The position numbers and the translations under genes were made by a program. From assembly GCA_050633405.1 (NCBI GenBank), contig JBOEGL010000007.1:184892-248891 (forward strand): 64,000 nucleotides of DNA, read 5' to 3'. Below the pieces are notes generated by a model. The model had not been told where the DNA came from. It made no database searches and was given only the letters and a program-made list of their open reading frames with translations. Shown here one piece after another: positions 26,960 through 35,580 of the stretch. Origin of the DNA: Cognatishimia sp. GTDB lineage: Bacteria; Pseudomonadota; Alphaproteobacteria; Rhodobacterales; Rhodobacteraceae. Positions within the stretch are counted from its first letter, which is position 1. Each line of letters opens with the position of its first letter.

Positions 26960-27925
26960 ATGATCCTGTGTTGTGGTGAGGCGCTGATCGATATGATTTC
27001 AGAAAAATATCCAAAAGGGCAAGATGGGTTTATGCCTCATGCCGGTGGGGCTGTGTTTAATACAGCAATTGCCCTGGGGCGTTTGGGTGTGCCCACTGGT
27101 ATTCTCAGCGGGATATCCCAAGACCAATTTGGCGCATTTTTGCTCAATAAGCTGCAAGGGAGCCATGTAGACACAAGCTTTGTGGTTCGAGCCGACCGCC
27201 CAACCACATTGGCCTTTGTCAGCCTGGCAGACGGGCATGCATCTTATTCCTTTTTTGACGAAAATTCAGCAGGGCGCATGTTGTCCAGCTCGGATTTTCC
27301 AAATGTGCCGTCTGAGGCGCAGGCTTTGTATTTTGGCGGCATCAGTCTTTCGGTCGAACCAGCCGCCGAAGCCTTTGTCGGGTTGATGGTCGCGCAAAGT
27401 AAACTGCGGGCAATTGTCGTTGATCCAAACATCCGCCCGGAGTTTATCCGTGACCAGCAAGGGTATCGCGCGCGGCTTGCGACGATCTTTAAACATGCTG
27501 ATATAGTCAAAGTTTCAGATGAGGATTTGGATTGGATCTATCCAGAGGCCGCATCGCAAACAGAAAAGGCGCATCGGATTTTGCGTCAGGGCGCAGCGCT
27601 GGTGATCTTGACGCGTGGCAAACGTGGTGCCTGCGCCTATTTCGCAGGTGGCGAGGAAGTGAATACCCCGGCGCAGTTGGTTGATGTTGTTGATACGGTT
27701 GGGGCAGGCGATACATTTAACGCGGGTGTTTTGGCCGATTTAGCGATGTCAGGCCGCTTGACCAAATCTGGCATTCGCCAGCTCTCTGCTAGTGATATGC
27801 ATTCTGCGTTGTTATTTGGTGCAAAGGTAGCCGCCGTGACGGTGTCTCGGGCCGGGGCAAACCCCCCGTGGCTTTCAGAACTAAGCAAGGGGTCAGGCAC
27901 CGTGCCGCCGCCACAACCCAAATAG
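26960..27925 (+). CDS. PfkB family carbohydrate kinase (fructokinase)
   Basis: CCGEALID, GGAVFNTA, DPNIRP, DTVGAGDTFNAG. Confidence 0.9.
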   Translation: MILCCGEALIDMISEKYPKGQDGFMPHAGGAVFNTAIALGRLGVPTGILSGISQDQFGAFLLNKLQGSHVDTSFVVRADRPTTLAFVSLADGHASYSFFDENSAGRMLSSSDFPNVPSEAQALYFGGISLSVEPAAEAFVGLMVAQSKLRAIVVDPNIRPEFIRDQQGYRARLATIFKHADIVKVSDEDLDWIYPEAASQTEKAHRILRQGAALVILTRGKRGACAYFAGGEEVNTPAQLVDVVDTVGAGDTFNAGVLADLAMSGRLTKSGIRQLSASDMHSALLFGAKVAAVTVSRAGANPPWLSELSKGSGTVPPPQPK

Positions 27926-27954
27926 GCTTGGCAGTCGTCACAAGATCAGGGGAC

Positions 27955-27968
27955 TTGCGCTAGCGCAA
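27955..27968. promoter_or_regulatory. NnrR (Crp/Fnr-type) box upstream of nnrS
   Basis: TTGCG-CTAG-CGCAA, perfect inverted repeat ~50 nt before ATG 28019. Confidence 0.8.
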
Positions 27969-28018
27969 AGATCTATATGCTCCGTACATGTTTTATGCGG
28001 GCAAATAGGAGCGCATTG

Positions 28019-29257
28019 ATGACCCAAACAACGGCGGCACGCATGAGAAGCTGGAAAGGCCCAGCCCTGTTCACCTATGGGTTTCGCCCTTTCTTTCTAG
28101 GAGCGGCCATTTGGGCTTTTGTTGCGATGATGCTCTGGATTTTGATGCTGGGTGGCCATCTGCAATTGTCAATGCCACTCGATCTGGTCTCCTGGCACGC
28201 TCATGCCTTTTTGGTGGGGTATATCGGTGCAGTAGTGGCAGGTTTTTTGCTCACAGCTGTGCCAAATTGGACGGGGCGTTTGCCGGTTGCAGGCTGGCCA
28301 TTGTTGGCCTTGTTTGGTCTGTGGATCATGGGTCGCCTCGCGCTGCTTTTCTCTTCAGTGCTGCCGCTTGCGTTTGTCGCCGCTATAGATCTAAGCTTTT
28401 TTCTTGCGTTGATTGCCTTTCTTGCACGCGAGATCATTGCCGGTCGCAATTGGCGCAATCTGATTATTCTGGGTTTGCTGAGCACCTTTACACTTGGTAA
28501 CGCTTTGTTTCACCTGGATATCATGCGTGCCGCGACCCCATCTCAGGGGGTAGGGGTGCGGCTGTTGCTTGGGTCTACGCTGCTGATAGTAACGGTTATC
28601 GGGGGGCGCATTATTCCCTCGTTTACACGCAATTGGTTTGTGGCGCAGGGTGATGCCAAACGACCAGCCGCGCCGATGCAACGATTTGATAAGATTGCCT
28701 TGTTGGCCCTTTTGGCTGCGCTTGTTTTATGGTGCTTTGAATTGGCCTTTGCGGCACAGGCTTTGATGCTGGCCGGCGTGCTGCATCTTGTGCGGCTTGT
28801 CCGATGGAAAGGCTTGGCAACGCACAGCAATGCTTTGCTTTGGGTGTTGCATCTGGCCTATCTTTTTGTGCCGCTTGGGGCCTTGGCAATGGGCTGGGCT
28901 TTGAGCGTTGATCCAACGGCCTCGGCCGCTGCGCAACATTTGTGGATGGCAGGTGCAATTGGATTGATGACCTTGGCTGTAATGGCGCGCGCAACGTTGG
29001 GTCATACCGGTCACCCGCTGGTCGTGGGTCACAGTACAGTTGTCCTGTTTGTCATGTTGTTTGGCTCAGTGATCGCGCGGGTTCTGCCAGCGGTGCTTCC
29101 AGGCGACCCTCATCTTTACCATGTGATATCCGGGCTGTGTTGGTTATTTAGTTTCGGCGGGTTTGCGGTGGTCTATGGTACAAAGTTGGTGCAACCCAAG
29201 CGCGCTAAAAAGGCAGCGTCCCGGGCTGGTCGATCACAAAAAGCGGCGATTCAATAA
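28019..29257 (+). CDS. nnrS: NnrS family heme/copper membrane protein
   Basis: GFRPFFLG, WHAH, GFLLTAVPNWTG, GGRIIPSFTRNW, RATLGHTG; AGGAG RBS. Confidence 0.93.
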   Translation: MTQTTAARMRSWKGPALFTYGFRPFFLGAAIWAFVAMMLWILMLGGHLQLSMPLDLVSWHAHAFLVGYIGAVVAGFLLTAVPNWTGRLPVAGWPLLALFGLWIMGRLALLFSSVLPLAFVAAIDLSFFLALIAFLAREIIAGRNWRNLIILGLLSTFTLGNALFHLDIMRAATPSQGVGVRLLLGSTLLIVTVIGGRIIPSFTRNWFVAQGDAKRPAAPMQRFDKIALLALLAALVLWCFELAFAAQALMLAGVLHLVRLVRWKGLATHSNALLWVLHLAYLFVPLGALAMGWALSVDPTASAAAQHLWMAGAIGLMTLAVMARATLGHTGHPLVVGHSTVVLFVMLFGSVIARVLPAVLPGDPHLYHVISGLCWLFSFGGFAVVYGTKLVQPKRAKKAASRAGRSQKAAIQ

Positions 29258-29512
29258 TTTGCTTGCCTGAACGCCCCAATCCATAGCTTTGGGAACCCGT
29301 CCGCAGGAATGTGGGGAATATAGATTTGCACCCCAATCAGGCAGGCACAGAAAACAATGGGCTAAGGCACCACTATTTCTACTTTTTTAGCGCATGGCGC
29401 GCCTGCGCTGACAGGCCGTCAACCCATAGCGCTATTTCCTCAAATTTCTCGACAAGGCAAAGGTCGAATAGGCTGGAACCATTCCGCAAAAGCTGGCTAT
29501 CATAGACAGTAT

Positions 29513-30238
29513 ATGGGCACCACACCGCTAAACCAAACGCTGCATCGTCTAGATGAAAGCCTGATCGCGCAGTTGCCGCCATTTGCGGCGCTTAAACGCG
29601 AACAAATTCGTGAAATTCTAGATAGGGCCGAAGTACGACGTGTTGCGAAAGGTCAGGTTGTTTTTGATGAAGGGGCCACCGCAGACAGGTTTTTTCTGCT
29701 GTTAGATGGCTATATTCGCGTGGTGCGTATTACCGAAAGCGGCGAGCAGGTCATTGCCTTGCATATACCTATGGGGCAGTTGTTTGGCATCGCGCGCGCT
29801 CTAGAGCGTGATACATATCCCGCTACTGCGGTGGCGGCGTCCGAAGGTCTAGCGCTCAGTTGGCCCATGTCACTCTGGGAGACGTTTTGCGCTGAGTACA
29901 CCGGATTTGCGACCGCCAGCTACAAAACAGTCGGCAATCGCATTGGCGAAATGAATTTGCGCATTGTTGAACTTGCAACCCAGCAGGTTGAGCAACGTGT
30001 GGCAAATGCCTTGCTGCGTTTGGTCAATCAAACTGGGCGTCGCGTTGGCGCTGCCGTCGAAATTGATTTTCCGATCACTCGGCAAGACCTGAGCGAGATG
30101 ACAGGCACGACGCTGCACACGGTTAGCAGGTTGCTAAGCGCTTGGGAAAAAATGGGAATTGTTCAGAGTCGGCGCAAGCATATTTCGGTTCTTAAGCCGC
30201 ATTCTTTGGTGGAATTGACGGTGGCACCGCTGCGTTGA
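29513..30238 (+). CDS. nnrR: Crp/Fnr family NO-responsive regulator NnrR
   Basis: cNMP-like domain, YPATA, FPITRQDLSEMTGTTLHTVSRLLSAW HTH; lies within the nor cluster. Confidence 0.9.
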   Translation: MGTTPLNQTLHRLDESLIAQLPPFAALKREQIREILDRAEVRRVAKGQVVFDEGATADRFFLLLDGYIRVVRITESGEQVIALHIPMGQLFGIARALERDTYPATAVAASEGLALSWPMSLWETFCAEYTGFATASYKTVGNRIGEMNLRIVELATQQVEQRVANALLRLVNQTGRRVGAAVEIDFPITRQDLSEMTGTTLHTVSRLLSAWEKMGIVQSRRKHISVLKPHSLVELTVAPLR

Positions 30239-30434
30239 TCGCTTCGACCAGCGCGCAACGAAAAACATCCGCGTCTAATTTGTATTCTTCGCAAGCATCA
30301 AACACCGTGTGAAATGGGCTGACCATACAGCCCACGCATAGCATTCCGTGCTTGATAAATACCGGGATGGTCATCGGCCAGCGTTTCATCAGTGAATCTA
30401 GTGTCATGTCAGGGTCAAGCGACGATGGGTGCAT
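30192..30434 (-). CDS. DUF1858-domain small protein
   Basis: DMTLDSLMKRWPMTIPVFIKHGMLCVGC..SPFHTV..AC.EY; divergent from norC. Confidence 0.8.
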   Translation of the reverse strand: MHPSSLDPDMTLDSLMKRWPMTIPVFIKHGMLCVGCMVSPFHTVFDACEEYKLDADVFRCALVEAINAAVPPSIPPKNAA

Positions 30435-30485
30435 GGGCCATTCCTTTCGAGTGCTTCCAATCTAAATCAAGATTCCAGCGGAACA

Positions 30486-30499
30486 TTGCGCTGCCGCAA
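30486..30499. promoter_or_regulatory. NnrR box between DUF1858 and norC
   Basis: TTGCG-CTGC-CGCAA. Confidence 0.8.
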
Positions 30500-30564
30500 A
30501 CTTTGTAACCGCCATGCAAGGTAGTGAAACCCCATCCTAGAAACATAAAAGGAGGGGCCCAGAA

Positions 30565-31017
30565 ATGGCAGAAATTCTGACCAAAACGCGGGCGCGGAAT
30601 ATCTTTTACGGAGGCTCAGTGTTCTTCGTCCTGATATTCATTGCGCTGACCGTGCAAAGTCACAACTACATCGTCACCAAATCCACCGCAGGCGCGCCAC
30701 TTACCGAAGAGGTTGTGCATGGCAAGCATGTTTGGGAGGAACATTCCTGCATCAATTGTCATACTCTGCACGGTGAAGGCGCGTATTTCGCACCCGAAGT
30801 TGGCAACGTGATGACCCGCTGGGGTGTGCTCGAGGACAAAGAGGACTCGTTTGAAACCCTCAAATCTTGGATGGAAAGTCAGCCATCTGGGGTCGAAGGC
30901 CGCCGTCAAATGCCGAATTTTGATCTGACAGACGAAGACATTCGCGGTCTGAGCGAATTCCTGCGCTGGGCGGATCAAACCGATCGCCAGGGCTGGCCGC
31001 CAAATGATGCGGGATAA
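30565..31017 (+). CDS. norC: Nitric oxide reductase subunit C (cytochrome c)
   Basis: N-terminal TM helix, CINCH, GEGAYFAPE, RRQMPNF. Confidence 0.96.
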   Translation: MAEILTKTRARNIFYGGSVFFVLIFIALTVQSHNYIVTKSTAGAPLTEEVVHGKHVWEEHSCINCHTLHGEGAYFAPEVGNVMTRWGVLEDKEDSFETLKSWMESQPSGVEGRRQMPNFDLTDEDIRGLSEFLRWADQTDRQGWPPNDAG

Positions 31018-31029
31018 GGAGAAATAATC

Positions 31030-32373
31030 ATGAAATATCAATCCCAAAAAGTTGCCCTGGCGTATTTCGCCTGCGCGCTTGCTCTTTTTGCCATTCAGGT
31101 ACTTGGGGGGCTTCTCGCCGGGTGGATCTATGTCGCACCCAATTTCTTGTCGGAACTCCTGCCGTTTAACATTGTGCGCATGTTGCACACCAACGCTTTG
31201 ATTGTTTGGCTTCTGACCGGCTTTTTTGGCGCTGCTTACTTCCTGCTGCCCGAAGAGGCGGAACGCGAGATCTTTTCGGTCAAATTGGCCTACCTACAGC
31301 TGATCATTCTGATGGTTGGCACGCTTGGCGCCGTTGGTTCTTATTTGATGGGTGTTCACGAAGGACGTGAATTCCTGGAACAACCGCTCTGGGTTAAGTT
31401 TGGCATTCTGGTTGCCGCGGTGATCTTCCTTGTGAATGTCACGCTGACGGTTCTGGCGGGGCGCAAAACTGCGATCACCAATGTGTTGCTTCTGGGGCTG
31501 TGGCTGTTGTCGCTGCTGTGGATCTTTGCCTTCATCAACCCTGATAACCTGAGCCTGGACAAAATGTACTGGTGGTTTGTTGTGCATCTTTGGGTCGAAG
31601 CAACCTGGGAACTTGTGATGGCTGCCATCCTTGCGTTCTTGATGCTGAAGCTGACAGGCGTGGATCGGGAAGTTGTTGAAAAATGGCTTTATGTGATCTG
31701 CGGCACCGCGCTGTTTTCAGGTATTCTGGGCACCGGGCACCATTTCTACTGGATCGGTACCCCGGGTTATTGGCAGTGGATCGGCTCGATCTTTTCGACC
31801 CTCGAAGTCATTCCATTCTTCCTGATGATGAGCTTTGCTTTTGTCATGGTCTGGAAAGGCCGCCGAAACCACCCCAACAAAGCCGCCTTGCTGTGGTCGC
31901 TTGGATCAAGCACGGTTGCGTTCTTTGGCGCGGGGGTTTGGGGCTTTTTGCACACGTTGCATGGTGTGAACTTTTACAGCCACGGTACGCAAATCACTGC
32001 GGCCCACGGTCACCTTGCGTTCTTTGGGGCCTATGTTGCGCTGAACCTTGCGATGTTCTCTTATGCGATGCCCATTCTGCGCAACCGGGATCCCTATAAT
32101 CAGGTGATCAACATGAGCTCGTTCTGGCTGATGACCGGCGGCATGGCCTTCATGACCTTTGTGCTGACATTTGCAGGCACCATTCAAACCCATATGCAAC
32201 GGGTGGTCGGTGACTACTTTATGGATGTGCAAGACGGGTTGTCGGTGTTTTACATGATGCGCTTTGGTGCAGGTGTAGCAGTGGTGCTTGGGGCCTTGAT
32301 GTTCATCTATGGGCTGGCTGTCGTCCGCCGTGAAATCATTGCACCTGGTCCAGAAACTGCACCGGGAGAATAG
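31030..32373 (+). CDS. norB: Nitric oxide reductase subunit B (cNOR)
   Basis: RMLHTN, VVHLWVEATWE, GTGHH, TAAHGHLAF. Confidence 0.96.
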   Translation: MKYQSQKVALAYFACALALFAIQVLGGLLAGWIYVAPNFLSELLPFNIVRMLHTNALIVWLLTGFFGAAYFLLPEEAEREIFSVKLAYLQLIILMVGTLGAVGSYLMGVHEGREFLEQPLWVKFGILVAAVIFLVNVTLTVLAGRKTAITNVLLLGLWLLSLLWIFAFINPDNLSLDKMYWWFVVHLWVEATWELVMAAILAFLMLKLTGVDREVVEKWLYVICGTALFSGILGTGHHFYWIGTPGYWQWIGSIFSTLEVIPFFLMMSFAFVMVWKGRRNHPNKAALLWSLGSSTVAFFGAGVWGFLHTLHGVNFYSHGTQITAAHGHLAFFGAYVALNLAMFSYAMPILRNRDPYNQVINMSSFWLMTGGMAFMTFVLTFAGTIQTHMQRVVGDYFMDVQDGLSVFYMMRFGAGVAVVLGALMFIYGLAVVRREIIAPGPETAPGE

Positions 32374-32375
32374 GC

Positions 32376-33173
32376 ATGAATATGATGACTGACCCCAAAA
32401 ATGTGCCGCATTACGCACCAACCGGCAATGAATGCACGCTGTTTGAAACAGCTTATAACAACGGTTTGCCCCTTCTTTTGAAGGGGCCGACCGGCTGCGG
32501 CAAAACCCGCTTTGTGGAACATATGGCCGCGCGCATGGGCCGCAAGTTGTACACCGTGGCGTGCCATGATGATCTGTCCGCCGCTGACTTGATCGGGCGG
32601 TATTTGCTGCGTGGGGGCGAAACCGAATGGGTGGATGGTCCTTTGGCGCGTGCGGTACGCGAAGGCGCGATCTGCTATCTCGATGAGGTGGTCGAAGCCC
32701 GCAAAGATGTGACTGTGGTCCTGCACCCGCTCACCGACAACCGCCGCACTTTGATGATCGACCGCACCGGCGAAGAGTTGCAAGCCCCCAAAGGTTTTAT
32801 GCTCGTGGCCTCGTATAACCCAGGCTATCAAAATGTCCTCAAGCGGCTTAAGCCATCGACCCGACAACGCTTTCTGTCCGCCAGTTTCGACTTTCCCGAA
32901 GCCCATATCGAAACCGCGATTGTGGTGCAGGAAAGTGGTTTGGATGCAAAACGTGTTGCGCCACTGATCCGCTTGGCCGGGAAAATTCGCGGCTTGTCTG
33001 GCATGGATTTGGAAGAGGGTGTTTCAACCCGGCTATTGATCTATGCGGCCAGCTTGGTGGCAGGTGGCATGCCGTTGCTCCAAGCGCTTGAAGCGGCGGT
33101 CATCGAACCGCTCAGCGACGACGCTGATACCAAAGCAGCATTGCGCGATTTGATTGCGGTTACATACGGATAG
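32376..33173 (+). CDS. norQ: NorQ MoxR-type AAA+ ATPase
   Basis: GPTGCGKT, YLDEVVEARKD, LKPSTRQRF, STRLLIYAA. Confidence 0.95.
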   Translation: MNMMTDPKNVPHYAPTGNECTLFETAYNNGLPLLLKGPTGCGKTRFVEHMAARMGRKLYTVACHDDLSAADLIGRYLLRGGETEWVDGPLARAVREGAICYLDEVVEARKDVTVVLHPLTDNRRTLMIDRTGEELQAPKGFMLVASYNPGYQNVLKRLKPSTRQRFLSASFDFPEAHIETAIVVQESGLDAKRVAPLIRLAGKIRGLSGMDLEEGVSTRLLIYAASLVAGGMPLLQALEAAVIEPLSDDADTKAALRDLIAVTYG

Positions 33174-33178
33174 TAACA

Positions 33179-35062
33179 ATGGAACTTCTGAACCTGTTTG
33201 AACCCGAAGAGACCGTCGGCAATGCCTGGCACGACATTGCCAGCCGTATCGCGTCTGATCAGCGGTTTGAACAGGCCGCAATTCAACTGCCTCAGATCCG
33301 CACCAGCCTGGCAGTCTTGTTTCGCGCTTTGGGCGGGGCTGCGGGGGTTGATATTGCCGAGGCCCCGGCCTCCAAAGCCCTGCATCGCACCCGATTGCGT
33401 CTTGCTTTTGGCTCAGGTGGAGAGACCGTCACAAGCGCCACCTATGACGGTGAACGCCTGCGTTTGCCACCGGTGATCGACTGTTTTGCAGATCCATCCC
33501 TGAACAAAGCTGCCTATATGTGGCTAACTGCCTCTGCGGCTTTGACCGATGTAAGCCAATTGGATTTGCCGATGGCTGACCAAGCCAGAGACTGCGCCCA
33601 GATCAGGGCCAATATCCAGGCCTCTGACCGTGTTTTCAAAAACTGCCCGGGATTGCGTGAGGTTTATGGCCATCTTTGCTCTGGGATATTAGAGCAACGG
33701 GTCACAGCCACTTTGCCACCAGCCGAAGCTGCGATGGAACGGGCCGTGCGCGACCAATTGAATGGCTCTGCGGCACCGATAGAGATTTCGGCGACAAGCC
33801 GTGGATACCGGCCCTTTGCCCCCGTGCCAATCTGGCTCGACTTCCGGCCCACCGTCGCCAGCAAACACAATCCCGATGCAGCGCAAGAAAAATCCTCGGC
33901 CCCTGGGGTACCGACAACAACCCGCAAAATGGGAGAACGCCGCGATCTTGATCAGGCCAACCGCAAAGACAGCTTTATCGTGCACCGCTTTGAATCCATC
34001 CTGTCTTGGGTGGAAAGCATGAACATCAATCGAAGCGTTGATGACGATGACGACGAAAATGCCAAGAAAGCCGCCGAAGATCAGGACAGCGTGACCTTGT
34101 CGCGCCATGATCGCAAAGCTGCGACACGGCTGCGGTTGCATCTTGATTTGTCACCTATCGAGGCCGAACATGAACGGCTTGCCGGTAAATTCACCTATCC
34201 AGAATGGAACCATAGGTCCCGTAGCTATATGCAAGATCACGTGCGGGTGTTGGAAGCCCCTGTGCAGAGCGATGCAAACAATAAATTCACCCCAGATCCG
34301 CGTCGTATTGCAGAGGTCCGGCGGCAGTTTGTTGCACTGCGTCCACGTCGCATTCTGACCCCAAGACAAATTGACGGCCAAGAGCTTGATCTGGATGCGG
34401 TGATAGCTGCGCGCGCAGATCTGCAAGCCACGGGGCGGGGCAGTGACCGGATCTATATGGCCAGCCGTCAAATAGAACGGGACCTATCGGTTGCAGTGTT
34501 GATGGATACATCGCGATCGACCGAAGCGGCCATCGGTGAAACCTGTGTGATCGACGTGGCGCGTGACGCGTTGGCCGCCCTGGCTACGGGCATAGATGCC
34601 AGCGGTGATCGTCTGGGCATTTGGGGATTTTCATCGCTGAAACGAAACCGGGTTTTCCTAAGCAAATGCAAGGGGTTTGACGACCCGATGTCCGCGAAAG
34701 TCACAGAAAACATCTGTGCGCTTCGGCCCGGCCATTACACCCGTTTGGGGGCAGCGATCCGCCATTCGGCGATGCGGTTGGCGGATGAAAGTTCCAGCCG
34801 TCGGCTGCTGCTTGTGTTGACCGACGGCAAACCTAATGACTTGGATCACTACGAAGGCCAGCATGGCATCGAAGACAGCCATATGGCGGTGCGCGAAGCC
34901 CGGCGTATGGGATTAACGGTGCACGGCATCGTCGTAGACGAAGACGGCCAAGATTGGTTTGCGCGCATCTTTGGCAAAGGCGGATTTACGCTGTTGCCAA
35001 ACCCAAACCGCCTGACCCGTGCCTTGCCCGAAATTTACCGCGTTTTGACACAGGAGACATAA
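33179..35062 (+). CDS. norD: NorD VWA-domain protein
   Basis: YPEW motif, MIDAS DTSRST, YTRLGAAIRH, TDGKPNDLDHYEG. Confidence 0.93.
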   Translation: MELLNLFEPEETVGNAWHDIASRIASDQRFEQAAIQLPQIRTSLAVLFRALGGAAGVDIAEAPASKALHRTRLRLAFGSGGETVTSATYDGERLRLPPVIDCFADPSLNKAAYMWLTASAALTDVSQLDLPMADQARDCAQIRANIQASDRVFKNCPGLREVYGHLCSGILEQRVTATLPPAEAAMERAVRDQLNGSAAPIEISATSRGYRPFAPVPIWLDFRPTVASKHNPDAAQEKSSAPGVPTTTRKMGERRDLDQANRKDSFIVHRFESILSWVESMNINRSVDDDDDENAKKAAEDQDSVTLSRHDRKAATRLRLHLDLSPIEAEHERLAGKFTYPEWNHRSRSYMQDHVRVLEAPVQSDANNKFTPDPRRIAEVRRQFVALRPRRILTPRQIDGQELDLDAVIAARADLQATGRGSDRIYMASRQIERDLSVAVLMDTSRSTEAAIGETCVIDVARDALAALATGIDASGDRLGIWGFSSLKRNRVFLSKCKGFDDPMSAKVTENICALRPGHYTRLGAAIRHSAMRLADESSSRRLLLVLTDGKPNDLDHYEGQHGIEDSHMAVREARRMGLTVHGIVVDEDGQDWFARIFGKGGFTLLPNPNRLTRALPEIYRVLTQET

Positions 35063-35063
35063 T

Positions 35064-35231
35064 ATGCGCTTTCTAATTTTACTGCTAATGGCCAGCCCCG
35101 CCGCTGCCAGCGAATTTGACCGGCCGATCCCCAATGCGCAATCTGCCACCGCCGAGTTTTGGTTTGCCCTGGCCTCTATTTTGCTGGTTGTGGCTTTGGT
35201 TGCCGTGGGGCGGGTGGTCGCCAAAAGATGA
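35064..35231 (+). CDS. 55-aa membrane protein (NnrT-like); absent from the ORF track
   Basis: Hand-translated MRFLILLLMASPAAASEFDRPIPNAQSATAEFWFALASILLVVALVAVGRVVAKR; AGGAG RBS; stop overlaps the next ATG (ATGA). Confidence 0.75.
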   Translation: MRFLILLLMASPAAASEFDRPIPNAQSATAEFWFALASILLVVALVAVGRVVAKR

Positions 35232-35446
35232 GCGGCCAGGCAAAACTCATGCTGGTGCTTTATCCCTTTGGGTGTGGTGCCATGGCGGTGAACGCGTTTT
35301 TTGCCTCATTGCTGGGCAGTTGGGTGGGTTTGCCGGTATTATCTATGGCGCAATCCATTGTGCTTGGCGCATTGATTGCGCTGCCTGCCACCTGGTATTT
35401 TTCAAAATACATCTACGGGCTGGCGCAGCAGATCGACGCGCCCTGA
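35228..35446 (+). CDS. 72-aa two-TM protein (NnrT-like)
   Basis: MSGQAKLMLVLYPFGCGAMAVNAFFASLLGSWVGLPVLS...; translationally coupled to the preceding ORF. Confidence 0.75.
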   Translation: MSGQAKLMLVLYPFGCGAMAVNAFFASLLGSWVGLPVLSMAQSIVLGALIALPATWYFSKYIYGLAQQIDAP

Positions 35447-35563
35447 TATCGTGTAAATCTTGGGCAAATCCACATCATAGCCAATGCGCTTTGCTCGTTT
35501 GAGCACCTTTATTCTGAACCCCAAGAATTGCACGAGAATTTGTTGAGCTGCGCCGCTGAATGT

Positions 35564-35580
35564 GGTCTATGGAATAGACC
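35564..35580. promoter_or_regulatory. Perfect inverted repeat abutting the methyltransferase ATG
   Basis: GGTCTAT-GGA-ATAGACC immediately before ATG 35581. Confidence 0.5.

Noticed and set aside
29379-29582. 67-aa minus-strand ORF between nnrS and nnrR
   Set aside because: It overlaps the nnrR start, has no RBS and has no recognisable motif.
35400-35565. Minus-strand open frame (…QILVQFLGFRIKVLKRAKRIGYDVDLPKI…) upstream of the MTase as a controller-gene remnant
   Set aside because: It has no convincing start or RBS, no HTH pattern, and overlaps the nnrT-like gene; it cannot be supported without a homology search.
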